From Gemmatimonadota bacterium (GTDB lineage Bacteria; 4572-55; J002): a DNA stretch of 55,172 nucleotides. The stretch's first letter is position 1, and each line of letters starts with the position of its first letter. This document shows, piece after piece, positions 38,489-47,454 of this stretch. Below the pieces are notes generated by a model that did not search any database, was not told where the DNA came from, and was given only the letters and a program-made list of their open reading frames with translations. Location: contig RFFQ01000170.1 of the NCBI GenBank assembly GCA_003697105.1, positions 1 to 55,172 on the forward strand, written 5' to 3'. A program made the position numbers and the translations under genes.

Positions 38489-40687
38489 TCATCTCAAATC
38501 AAATTGCAAAAAGCCGGCATTCTGAATCATCTCTTCCGTGACTTCAAACGTAACGGTGTCCTGTTCGGTGGTGACCGTGTACGGACCCGCCGTTGTAATA
38601 TCAGACATATTCACTGACAAATCAACCGTCGCATAGGGAACAACCGTTTGAACGATGCCGGTACTATCAGCAACCAGATGTTGTTGATATTCATAATGAC
38701 TACCGGTATTTGTCGTTAAGGGAGCAGTTAGTTTTAAGGATGCCTCCGGTAGCGTGTGGAATACCAGTTTGGCACCCGGCACCCGCTCATAAACTAAATA
38801 AGCCACATAAGAACCGGTGACTACCTCATTTGTCATCAAGTATGAACTTTCAAACACAAGCCGAAAATGCGATAAACCTTGCAATTGGTCTTTATCCAAA
38901 AGATACTGATGCCCTTTCATTTCCCCTAACGCGGTACCCATTGTTCGATAAAAGCGATCATAAAGCTCAAATTGAACATACCCTTCTTCGCTTTCATCAC
39001 TATCAAAATAATCCTGCTGCAGACGACCTTCTTTTTCCAAAGACTCAAAAACCCGGTAGGAATAAAAGAAGGAACCGGGTACCATCACATACCGAACATT
39101 TAAATCTTGGCATAACTGGTATGCTTCAGATTCATCTTCGGAAAGCAAAAAGGTATGGTATGCTCGATTACCGGCACTTTCCATCCGCATGTTGCTACCG
39201 GTAGTCGGTCGGTGCGCATGAAAAATAATGGAAAACCCATCGTTATAATGGGTCAAAATACCATATTCCGGGACATGCTCGGAAGTATAATAGCAACAGG
39301 TTGGGGGAGTATGCTCTTTTAGCCACGCTCCAACTTCATTAATGGCTTCGTAATGTGCGGGTTTAAAGATAATTTTGATGGAATAATAGCCCATAGCCAG
39401 AATCGATACAAACCCAATCAGGAAAAAAATCGCTACCCGAGACCGTATCCGGTCGGTACTATCTAGTTCCTGATATATATCCCAGAGTTTCACCATCACA
39501 AACGCCAGCAATAGAGCTAAAACCAGCGAAAACCCCTCGGCAAACCGGAACCCTTGGATGGCTAACGCACCAAATAAGATGCTCCAGATACAGAACAATA
39601 ACACGAGTTTTCGGTTATTCAGTTGGTAAAAAAGAAAACCCAATATAAACGGTAAAGAAACAACACTATATGAAAAATGCTGGAAAAACTCATCGGCACT
39701 CAGGTTTTCAAATTCTAAAATGGAAGTACCCGCCACAAAGTTAGCCCCCCCCATCACGGACTCAAGCACCTGACTCATAAATAGAATGACAACACCGATC
39801 AACATCACGTTAATGATAATCAGATTAGCGGGACGAACCTGTAGATATAAGCGATAGAGGAATAACGCCAGAAAGGTATAAAAAAACAGCAAAAAATGAA
39901 GACCCGAAAGCTGGTTAAAAATAAAGCGATCCAAATGGACAGACGTATCCAAAAGATAATAGGGTAAGATACTTACGCATGTGATAAAAAATCCCAGAGC
40001 CATAAACGACGTGAACGCTTTATGCTCCTTAAAAAAGAAAAAATACAGATAGATAAAAATCAAAAAAATGGTGAGAAAAACAACAATAAAGGTAAAGTTT
40101 AGTAAGGCAAGCGTAAGTGATATACCGAAAACAACCGCCCACCGGATGGCTTTCCACTCACTTTGAATCCCTTTTACCATTGACAAAACAAGACTCATAT
40201 AAAAGATGGCTTCAATACAGTGATGATCGGGGCGTCCAAATAACACGTATGCCAAATGGGGGGAAAAGAACATGAATAAAACTGCCGCCCAAAATCCGGT
40301 GCGGCGGTCCGCAATCGTTTTTCCGAGGTAATATAGTAACCAAATGGAAAAAATATTCATTAATGGAGGTACAACCGCTGCCGCCCATTCAAACTTTTCA
40401 CCAACGGGGTCTCCTAAGGTCAACAGAAAGGTGAGGCCGGCAAGTAAATAACTAAAAAGATGTTGCCGCATCGGCAACCCTTCGGGATAGTTATTATAGA
40501 AATCCAACGGCGCAATATACCCTTGATGCAGGATCATCTGGGCATGCCTCATATGATAATACCCATCAAATCCATAAAAGGTTAAAACGCCATTTTGGAC
40601 AAGGATTACATAATAGAGAGCGGGTAAGAAGAAAGCAAGAAGAGCTAAAAGAAGGTAAACAACTGGTTCCGTCCGATCATTAGCCAT
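38489..40687 (-). CDS. STT3/AglB-like GT-C oligosaccharyltransferase with an atypical sequon-binding motif
   Basis: GFDGYYHMR, GRPDHH, SILE, many TMs, YGILTHYNDG at the YG..SWWDYG position, C-terminal beta domain. Confidence 0.8.
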   Translation of the reverse strand: MANDRTEPVVYLLLALLAFFLPALYYVILVQNGVLTFYGFDGYYHMRHAQMILHQGYIAPLDFYNNYPEGLPMRQHLFSYLLAGLTFLLTLGDPVGEKFEWAAAVVPPLMNIFSIWLLYYLGKTIADRRTGFWAAVLFMFFSPHLAYVLFGRPDHHCIEAIFYMSLVLSMVKGIQSEWKAIRWAVVFGISLTLALLNFTFIVVFLTIFLIFIYLYFFFFKEHKAFTSFMALGFFITCVSILPYYLLDTSVHLDRFIFNQLSGLHFLLFFYTFLALFLYRLYLQVRPANLIIINVMLIGVVILFMSQVLESVMGGANFVAGTSILEFENLSADEFFQHFSYSVVSLPFILGFLFYQLNNRKLVLLFCIWSILFGALAIQGFRFAEGFSLVLALLLAFVMVKLWDIYQELDSTDRIRSRVAIFFLIGFVSILAMGYYSIKIIFKPAHYEAINEVGAWLKEHTPPTCCYYTSEHVPEYGILTHYNDGFSIIFHAHRPTTGSNMRMESAGNRAYHTFLLSEDESEAYQLCQDLNVRYVMVPGSFFYSYRVFESLEKEGRLQQDYFDSDESEEGYVQFELYDRFYRTMGTALGEMKGHQYLLDKDQLQGLSHFRLVFESSYLMTNEVVTGSYVAYLVYERVPGAKLVFHTLPEASLKLTAPLTTNTGSHYEYQQHLVADSTGIVQTVVPYATVDLSVNMSDITTAGPYTVTTEQDTVTFEVTEEMIQNAGFLQFDLR

Positions 40688-40710
40688 ATGGGTCTAGTTT
40701 ATAAAAGTTA

Positions 40711-41169
40711 TTAATCATTGGTGTATTGATAATCCAACGCATGGCAAGGAAACTTATCATACTCCGCATCCGGCGGATCATAGGGCCACGGGTCTCCGTT
40801 ATCGGGCCGGACCCCAGGACCTAAAGGCGACCAGACAATAATATTCCCCGTAGAGACATCCCCCCAAATTCCATATTGCTGCCCCGGTTTACCACCAGCA
40901 ACTTCAGGTATCTTGGTAAAATGATGTGCGTTGATCAGGTTTGTCCAACCGTCCGTACTACCATCCACATTTTGCTGGGTAAACTGCATGTACAATTCAA
41001 TCTGGAGAACGATTTCGCGCATGTCCTTTTTAGCTCGGGCACACAATGCTTTCTGCTGAACCGTACCAAATGAACGGATCGCAATGGTAGCAAGCACGCC
41101 GAGAATAACTAAGACAATAATGAGTTCGACGATAGTAAAACCGACAGATCGTTTCATCATGAGCATCAC
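40711..41169 (-). CDS. type IV pilin / pseudopilin (minor); exact start uncertain
   Basis: G|FTIVELIIVLVILGVLATIAI prepilin motif. Confidence 0.88.
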   Translation of the reverse strand: MMLMMKRSVGFTIVELIIVLVILGVLATIAIRSFGTVQQKALCARAKKDMREIVLQIELYMQFTQQNVDGSTDGWTNLINAHHFTKIPEVAGGKPGQQYGIWGDVSTGNIIVWSPLGPGVRPDNGDPWPYDPPDAEYDKFPCHALDYQYTND

Positions 41170-41180
41170 GATTAAATAGG

Positions 41181-41220
41181 AACAAGAAAGGGTAGGTTTG
41201 TTTAGAACCTACCCTTGCTT
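41181..41220 (-). terminator. terminator/attenuating hairpin after the major pilin
   Basis: AAGGGTAGGTT...AACCTACCCTT. Confidence 0.7.
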
Positions 41221-41253
41221 CTACGTGAACAAAACGCTAGTTCGTCCAATTAA

Positions 41254-41652
41254 TTATTGCAACACACAGCACTTACCAACACCATTGTTTGCGGCAGCAA
41301 CGTTGATCTTACCATTAGCAATACTTGTAGAGATCACATAAGCAGTGGCATTGCTGTCATTGTTGAACGGATTCGCCGGGATCGACTTCAGATACGGGCC
41401 ATCATAGCCAGACGGACCCGTTGCGGCTACTAAATTCGCCACACTCGAAACATCGGCGCTGGTATCGGTCATGTACTTGTTAGCCGCGTCCAAAATCTGC
41501 TTCAGGTTAGCAATACAAGCTTTGCACTTCGCTTTATTCTGAACTTTCAGGAAGTTCGGAATCGCGATAGCGGCAAGGATACCGATGATGACCACAACAA
41601 TCATCAACTCGATGAGCGTGAAACCGCTCTTGCTATTACGAAAGTTCTTCAT
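41254..41652 (-). CDS. pilA: major type IVa pilin
   Basis: MKNFRNSKSG|FTLIELMIVVVIIGILAAIAIPNF; AAGGAGG SD; own promoter and terminator. Confidence 0.9.
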   Translation of the reverse strand: MKNFRNSKSGFTLIELMIVVVIIGILAAIAIPNFLKVQNKAKCKACIANLKQILDAANKYMTDTSADVSSVANLVAATGPSGYDGPYLKSIPANPFNNDSNATAYVISTSIANGKINVAAANNGVGKCCVLQ

Positions 41653-41746
41653 GAGACATCCTCCTTGAAGATTGAAGAAAAGTGAATTGAGAAAGAATTT
41701 ACACATCGGTGTTTTTTTATTTCCACCATCTGGGCAAGGAGAAACC

Positions 41747-41761
41747 GCAACCCTTATACCA
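41747..41761 (-). promoter_or_regulatory. sigma54 -24/-12 promoter
   Basis: Minus strand TGGTAT-AAGGG-TTGC (GG-N10-GC). Confidence 0.75.
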
Positions 41762-41779
41762 TACCGGCAGTAACCTTTG

Positions 41780-41792
41780 TAACTAACTGATA
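41780..41792 (-). promoter_or_regulatory. IHF site
   Basis: TATCAG-TTAG-TTA fits WATCAR-N4-TTR, just upstream of the -24 element. Confidence 0.55.
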
Positions 41793-41893
41793 TTAAATAC
41801 CGGTAAAAGCTTAAAGCTACGAACGTTTACGTTTTTTTAATCTGGATGCAGGTTGCAAGATACAAATCATATTTGCAATTTGCAATTTTAGGA

Positions 41894-44773
41894 TTATTGG
41901 TGTTTCGCTCGTTGTTTTGCCTTCAATAATCGTGACGTATAGCTTTCGGTCTCATCCGGCGGTTCATGCTCCGTCACATCACGTTGTGGAGGAGCGGGGG
42001 CTTCGATATCCGGTATATCGGGCATAAACACCGTACCGGTGGTTTCGGTGGAATGTGAGGAAAGGTCAGGTTCTTCAGAAGTGGATATAGCGGGCGTCTT
42101 GTGATGCTTTAATTCTTGTTTGCGGTGGATCAATTGTGACATCCCGGCACTCCGAGAAGGACGGTTTTCCGGACGCGGTTTGGGGGTCAGATAACTCCTC
42201 ATCCCAGCTAATTTCGCCACAAGTGGGTCAAATTGGTGCCACTCGATCATCAACCGGCGGATGAGAACATCCAGAAAAAAAAGCACAATCGCAATTTGAA
42301 CTAGGTACTCCCAAATATCTACCGGTAACGTAACGGTCTCTAAATTGTGTTGGTACACCTCTTCAGGAGACCGGATCAGTGTCCCTCCGGTCTGTTGGGC
42401 GGCATGTTGCAACAAATTGGGGTCACTCTCAAAAGATTGAAATTCAGAGGAATACGGAATTTTTAAGCCGGCAGTCTCAAATCCGGTTTGGTCTTTAGCG
42501 AAAATATGAACTAGGTAAATTCCGGGTTCATTAATGGCAAACTCACTTTCATACCGTCCCGGGGCGGTTTGGCGGATGCGTAGCGGTTTATTTTCCAGTT
42601 TTGGATTGACCAACACACCTTCTAATTCCAAAAAATTACGGAAATTACCGGCGGCATCTATGGCATCGATAACCACGTGCCCCTTTTGTTGGATGGCTTC
42701 TAACCGCACATCAAAGGGCTGAGTGGAAACCTTGCGCATCGTCCAGCGGAGAACTTGCTGCCAAAAGGGCTGAAAATATGCCCAATTCAGCCAATTGACC
42801 GCCCAACGTGTGTCTGCATCGGAAGTAAATGCCACCGACCGACCCAAACCAAATTGCCATGCTGCCAGCAGTGGAGCATCATGGTGGGTAACCCAGATCG
42901 TCTCTGCGGTGGACTTGGGGGAGGTCCCTACATAGCCTAACAGTGGGGGTACTAGCGGGGGAATTCCCTTCAACATTGGGTGCGGTTGCACCTGCCGCGG
43001 GACAAATTCTTCCTCAATCAGGTACGAACGCGATGCCAAGAGGGTCTCTTTCGTGAATATCTGGGGAACACGACGCGCATTTTTACTGGCATAATACCGC
43101 CCGCCCCCGCGTTGGGCTAGTTGTTGCATTAATAGGTCATCCGCATCCCCACCAATCGCCACTGTAGAGATGGTAATATTGGCGCCGGTTGCCTTCTGCA
43201 CCAATGAATCAAAATTTCCCGGGGCAGTGCGTCCATCGGATAAAATAATAATATGCTTAAGTTGGGTTTCGAGCGTTTTCAAGGCGTTAATAGCTTCTGC
43301 CAATGCCGGTTCTAGGTTTGTCCCGCCTCCCGGACGCAGAGTCGCCACCTCGGATATAATTCGTTTACGCTCATTTGTCGCCCGCATCTTCACGATCCAT
43401 TTTGCCGCGCCATCGAAGCCGATAACACCTACCCGGTCGGTATCAGAAAGTAAAGAGATAGAGGCAATAGTAGCTTCCTTGGCAATTTCAATCTTTTCCA
43501 CACCGCCACTCAAATCTGCCATACTACCCGATTTATCGATCACGAACACAATCCCCAGCGAAGGAAAATAGGTTTTGCTCTTCAAATCCATATTGACCGG
43601 TAAGGCACGCTCAACAGGTGTTTGATAGTAACCTCCCACGCCAAAGCTATTTTCTCCCCCGACCATGATAAAGCCCCCGCCAAAATCCCGCACGTAGCTT
43701 TCCACCGCCCGCATTTGGTCATCCGAAAACTGAAGGGCAGAAACATTGTTGATCAGAATGGCGTCGTAATTTTGTAACGCGATCAACGAGCCCGGCAGTT
43801 GTCCCGCCGAACCCACATCAATATCCAGCGAAGTGGTGAGCGGCAAGAGTGCCTGCTGAAGTGGCTCCGAAGGGTTAATCAGTAAGACCTTGGAACGCCC
43901 CACAACCCGCGTGAACGAACCCGCCCGGTTATTTTCGACAATCTGATCCGAATCCGTTTCTAAACGCACATCATAGGTAAATAGACCCGTCTCATCGAGA
44001 ACTTCCCGAAAACGATAGACTTCTTTCCCGGGATCGAGTTTTACCATTACCGGTTCACGAACCGGGCTGCCATTCCGGTAAAGCCAAAGAGTACCTTTCG
44101 CCTTGCCGGAACTCCGTAAAATCGTTGCCACCTCAAAGGGTTCGCCGGGGTTGATCGTTTGCGGAGTAATGACATCTTCCACTAGAACCTCTTGAGTAAC
44201 TTCCATCTGGAGCGGAATCACACTGATTTCGATACCATTTGTGCCCGCTAACGAGGCTTCCTGCAACAAGTCACCCTCCGTTTGATTCCCATCACTGATG
44301 ATCACAATCCGTTTTTGGGCGTCTGGTGGGAAAAGCCCCATCCCTAAACGCACGGCTTCCGCCAGATTGCTAGCCGTCCGTATTGGAGTCGATGTAAACG
44401 TACCTAATACAGGGGTCGCTACAGGAGTTTGTTCGACCAGTGCATTCTTCCCGAATAAAATAATACCCAAGATGTCATCCGCCGGTTTTTCTGCCGCCAC
44501 CAACTGGATAAAACTCTGTGCAAACGGTTCGCTTTGGTGGCGAATACTATCCGACACATCAACCAAAAAGATCACCGCTAATTTCTGGCTGGATTTGACC
44601 CACTGTATCCCTGCCAAACTGAAGATCAATAACAAAAAGAGAGTCACCCGCAAGATCAAGGAAATGACCCGTCGAAAAAAAGGTATATCAGATAAACTGT
44701 GACGATACCATTTAAATATCCAGTAAAGCAACGGTAACAGCAGCAAAAATAAGGGCTTAGAAAAGGTGATCAT
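41894..44773 (-). CDS. membrane VWA-domain protein (BatA-like N-terminus, two VWA domains, GATase-like domain)
   Basis: DVSDS and DKSGSM MIDAS motifs, ISDG/LSDG, GGGFIMVGG..SFG.GGY, WQFGLGRSVAFTSD. Confidence 0.88.
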   Translation of the reverse strand: MITFSKPLFLLLLPLLYWIFKWYRHSLSDIPFFRRVISLILRVTLFLLLIFSLAGIQWVKSSQKLAVIFLVDVSDSIRHQSEPFAQSFIQLVAAEKPADDILGIILFGKNALVEQTPVATPVLGTFTSTPIRTASNLAEAVRLGMGLFPPDAQKRIVIISDGNQTEGDLLQEASLAGTNGIEISVIPLQMEVTQEVLVEDVITPQTINPGEPFEVATILRSSGKAKGTLWLYRNGSPVREPVMVKLDPGKEVYRFREVLDETGLFTYDVRLETDSDQIVENNRAGSFTRVVGRSKVLLINPSEPLQQALLPLTTSLDIDVGSAGQLPGSLIALQNYDAILINNVSALQFSDDQMRAVESYVRDFGGGFIMVGGENSFGVGGYYQTPVERALPVNMDLKSKTYFPSLGIVFVIDKSGSMADLSGGVEKIEIAKEATIASISLLSDTDRVGVIGFDGAAKWIVKMRATNERKRIISEVATLRPGGGTNLEPALAEAINALKTLETQLKHIIILSDGRTAPGNFDSLVQKATGANITISTVAIGGDADDLLMQQLAQRGGGRYYASKNARRVPQIFTKETLLASRSYLIEEEFVPRQVQPHPMLKGIPPLVPPLLGYVGTSPKSTAETIWVTHHDAPLLAAWQFGLGRSVAFTSDADTRWAVNWLNWAYFQPFWQQVLRWTMRKVSTQPFDVRLEAIQQKGHVVIDAIDAAGNFRNFLELEGVLVNPKLENKPLRIRQTAPGRYESEFAINEPGIYLVHIFAKDQTGFETAGLKIPYSSEFQSFESDPNLLQHAAQQTGGTLIRSPEEVYQHNLETVTLPVDIWEYLVQIAIVLFFLDVLIRRLMIEWHQFDPLVAKLAGMRSYLTPKPRPENRPSRSAGMSQLIHRKQELKHHKTPAISTSEEPDLSSHSTETTGTVFMPDIPDIEAPAPPQRDVTEHEPPDETESYTSRLLKAKQRAKHQ

Positions 44774-44808
44774 GGGATCAGGGTTTAGGGATTAGGGATC
44801 AGGGATTG
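44774..44808 (+). repeat. heptamer array GGGATCA/GGGTTTA/GGGATTA x5
   Basis: gggatca gggttta gggatta gggatca gggattg, directly abutting the VWA gene ATG. Confidence 0.85.
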
Positions 44809-44884
44809 ACAACTCGTGAAGAATAAAATGTAACGCGGATCGGAATGGGAATCAAGAAAAATAGGCATAATTACCGGATTTTAC

Positions 44885-44913
44885 TTGACATTTAACCGGA
44901 TCAGAGAAATAAT
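44885..44913 (+). promoter_or_regulatory. sigma70-type promoter
   Basis: TTGACA-17 bp-AATAAT. Confidence 0.55.
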
Positions 44914-44963
44914 TTAAGAGTAATCAGCAATGCAACCTTATGTCATTGAAGGTGGGTCAGGTC

Positions 44964-46649
44964 ATGTCACTTTCCCCGGAATCGATTAGCGCGGAACAAA
45001 CAGAATTACAATACCGGCGTCAGATTGCGCAAAATCCACAAAACCCAGAAAATCATTATTTTTTAGGAAAGCTACTGGAAAACCGGCAGGAATTGGATCA
45101 GGCAGTGGAGTGTTATTACTCCGCACTACAATATGATCCCCAAAATTATGATTACCACATCACCTTGGGCAATGTCCTTCGCCATTTGGAGCGATACGAG
45201 GATGCCGGATCGATTTTCAAAACAGCGATTCAGTTACAGCCCGAACGTAGCGAGGCATATTATGAGCTGGGTCTCCTGCTCAAACAGCAACAGCGTTACG
45301 AAAGTGCTTTGCCCAATTTGGTCTTGGCACATAAGTACAAGCCCAGTGATGTAGAGATCGCCCAAACACTGGGATCATTGCAACATCTGTTACACCGGTT
45401 TGACGATGCAGAAGTCATGTTGCGCCATGCCCTCAAACTCAATCCAGACAACGGTGAGGTACATTACCGGCTGGCCCTATTATACCGCGATCAGGAGCGG
45501 TTTGAGGAAGCCATGCAGCACCTGCACACCGCACAAAGCCTCGACCCCAAAGACATCCGCTACCGGACAGCGCTTGCGAGCATATTTTTGCGGGAAAATC
45601 ATGCCGCTCAAGCCATTCAAGAACTAAAGGAAGCAATCCTTATTGATTCAGAAAACTCAGAAGTCTATTATCATTTAGGCGTCGCATACTATCTGAAAAA
45701 GGATTTTTCCATTGCCCAAGGACACCTCGAACACGCTATCGATATTAATCCCAATGATTCTGCCGCACACGTTTTGCTCGGTAACATCTATTATCATCAA
45801 CGGGACTATAACCGCACAGAAAAGGCTTATTGCCGTGCAATTGCGATTAAACCGGATAACATCCACCACCATATGTTACTGGCAAATTTTCTGCGGGATC
45901 GGCAGCGCTACTCCGAGGCAGAAAAGGTTTACCGGCAAGCCCTAGCAAAAGAACCCCATAACATCCAGATTTATCTTGAGTTAGGTAAAAATCAAGAACA
46001 AAACAACGAGATCGATAAAGCCGAGCAAACATATCGCCAAGTTCTGGAAATGGAGCCGGATCACCCGCAAGTACTGTGGATCATGGGCAATGTGCTGAAA
46101 AAACAGTGTCGCTATGATGAAGCAGAGATATTTTTCCAGCGAGCAATCAAACAAAACCCGCAAAATCCTGAATTGCAAGGTGATTATGGGGAGCTACTCT
46201 ACCGGTTGAAACAGTACGAAAAAGCCCGGCAATATTACGAAAACGCCATTCAACAACGACCAGAAGATGCGTTATTACGGTATCGCTTAGCCACCGTGCT
46301 GGACAAAGCCGAATTATACGATTTAGCCCATCAACAATATGAAGAATTGGTGCAACTCAGTGGACAAAACGGTCGTAGTCGAGAGGCACTGGCGGAGTTT
46401 TTGGTGGAACTGAAGCATATTTCCCGCAATGAACAGCAAACCATTGACAAACTGCTCTCAAACCAACAAGATATTTTGATGATGAATAAAATGATTGAAA
46501 AACGGCTAGACCAAATGAGTGCCATGCAAGACCGGCTATTGCAAAAACTAGAAGAAATTGAAAAACGTAATCACCAATTGATGGCAATGATCGAGCAACT
46601 CCCCGAGCACATGAACGAAGAAAAGTCCAAATGGACGTTTTGGAGATAG
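44964..46649 (+). CDS. TPR-repeat protein with C-terminal coiled coil (start 44940 or 44964)
   Basis: More than 10 canonical TPRs; heptad-rich tail ending KWTFWR. Confidence 0.9.
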   Translation: MSLSPESISAEQTELQYRRQIAQNPQNPENHYFLGKLLENRQELDQAVECYYSALQYDPQNYDYHITLGNVLRHLERYEDAGSIFKTAIQLQPERSEAYYELGLLLKQQQRYESALPNLVLAHKYKPSDVEIAQTLGSLQHLLHRFDDAEVMLRHALKLNPDNGEVHYRLALLYRDQERFEEAMQHLHTAQSLDPKDIRYRTALASIFLRENHAAQAIQELKEAILIDSENSEVYYHLGVAYYLKKDFSIAQGHLEHAIDINPNDSAAHVLLGNIYYHQRDYNRTEKAYCRAIAIKPDNIHHHMLLANFLRDRQRYSEAEKVYRQALAKEPHNIQIYLELGKNQEQNNEIDKAEQTYRQVLEMEPDHPQVLWIMGNVLKKQCRYDEAEIFFQRAIKQNPQNPELQGDYGELLYRLKQYEKARQYYENAIQQRPEDALLRYRLATVLDKAELYDLAHQQYEELVQLSGQNGRSREALAEFLVELKHISRNEQQTIDKLLSNQQDILMMNKMIEKRLDQMSAMQDRLLQKLEEIEKRNHQLMAMIEQLPEHMNEEKSKWTFWR

Positions 46650-46658
46650 GAGGTTTGG

Positions 46659-47444
46659 ATGAAGTACGCCGTACCGTTGGTACTTTTTATTGGACTGATA
46701 AGCGCGGGTACTCTTTTAGCCCAAAAAGCCGTACCCCCCGGTAAGATTGACTACATGAAAGGCATTGTCACTGCCACCGGCATCGGGACGCTCAATCCCA
46801 ATGTACCGGAACAGATGCGACGCCCCGTGGCAATTAAAGCCGCTAAATTGGATGCTTTTCGGAATCTGCTGGATCAGGTCAAGCGGGTGCAATTAGATGG
46901 CACAACTACCGTTGAGAGCCAAATGTTAGCCAGCGATTACCTCCACACGCAGGTGGAAGGGGTGGTCAAAAATTTTGAGGTTACCAATACCCAATACCGG
47001 AATGATGGCACTGTGGAAATCACCGTCCAACTGAGCTTATACGGCGAACTGGCGGATATCCTATTGCCCCCTCAATCCGCAGCGGAAACCCCTCCGACAG
47101 CGCGTGATGAGACGCCAACCTACACCGGCGTGGTTTTGGATGCACGCGGTTTGGATGTTCAACCGGCATTAGCGCCAAACGTGCTAAACGAGCAGGAACA
47201 ACCGGTCTATGGGTTTAATAAAGTGGCACGCACAGAAGCCATCACACATGGCGTTGTGGGGTATTATACCGACCCAGAACAGGCAAAAAAAGACCCCCGC
47301 CACGGGGATAAACCGTTGGAAATAAAGGTAATACGGACAACAGAAAACAAGGTTGATTTGATTATTTCCAATGCGGATGCGGCAACGTTGAAATCCAATG
47401 TAACCCTTTTGAAAAAGGCAAATGTGTTGGTGCTGATCGATTAG
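46659..47444 (+). CDS. exported LPP20-like protein
   Basis: Signal peptide; AIKAAKLDAFRNLL..V..V.LD..TT; YTGVVLDARGL. Confidence 0.7.
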   Translation: MKYAVPLVLFIGLISAGTLLAQKAVPPGKIDYMKGIVTATGIGTLNPNVPEQMRRPVAIKAAKLDAFRNLLDQVKRVQLDGTTTVESQMLASDYLHTQVEGVVKNFEVTNTQYRNDGTVEITVQLSLYGELADILLPPQSAAETPPTARDETPTYTGVVLDARGLDVQPALAPNVLNEQEQPVYGFNKVARTEAITHGVVGYYTDPEQAKKDPRHGDKPLEIKVIRTTENKVDLIISNADAATLKSNVTLLKKANVLVLID

Positions 47445-47454
47445 TGGCAAAAGG

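Noticed and set aside
41254-41652. Geobacter-type conductive short pilin
   Set aside because: Mature pilin is about 122 aa with a globular head and low aromatic content
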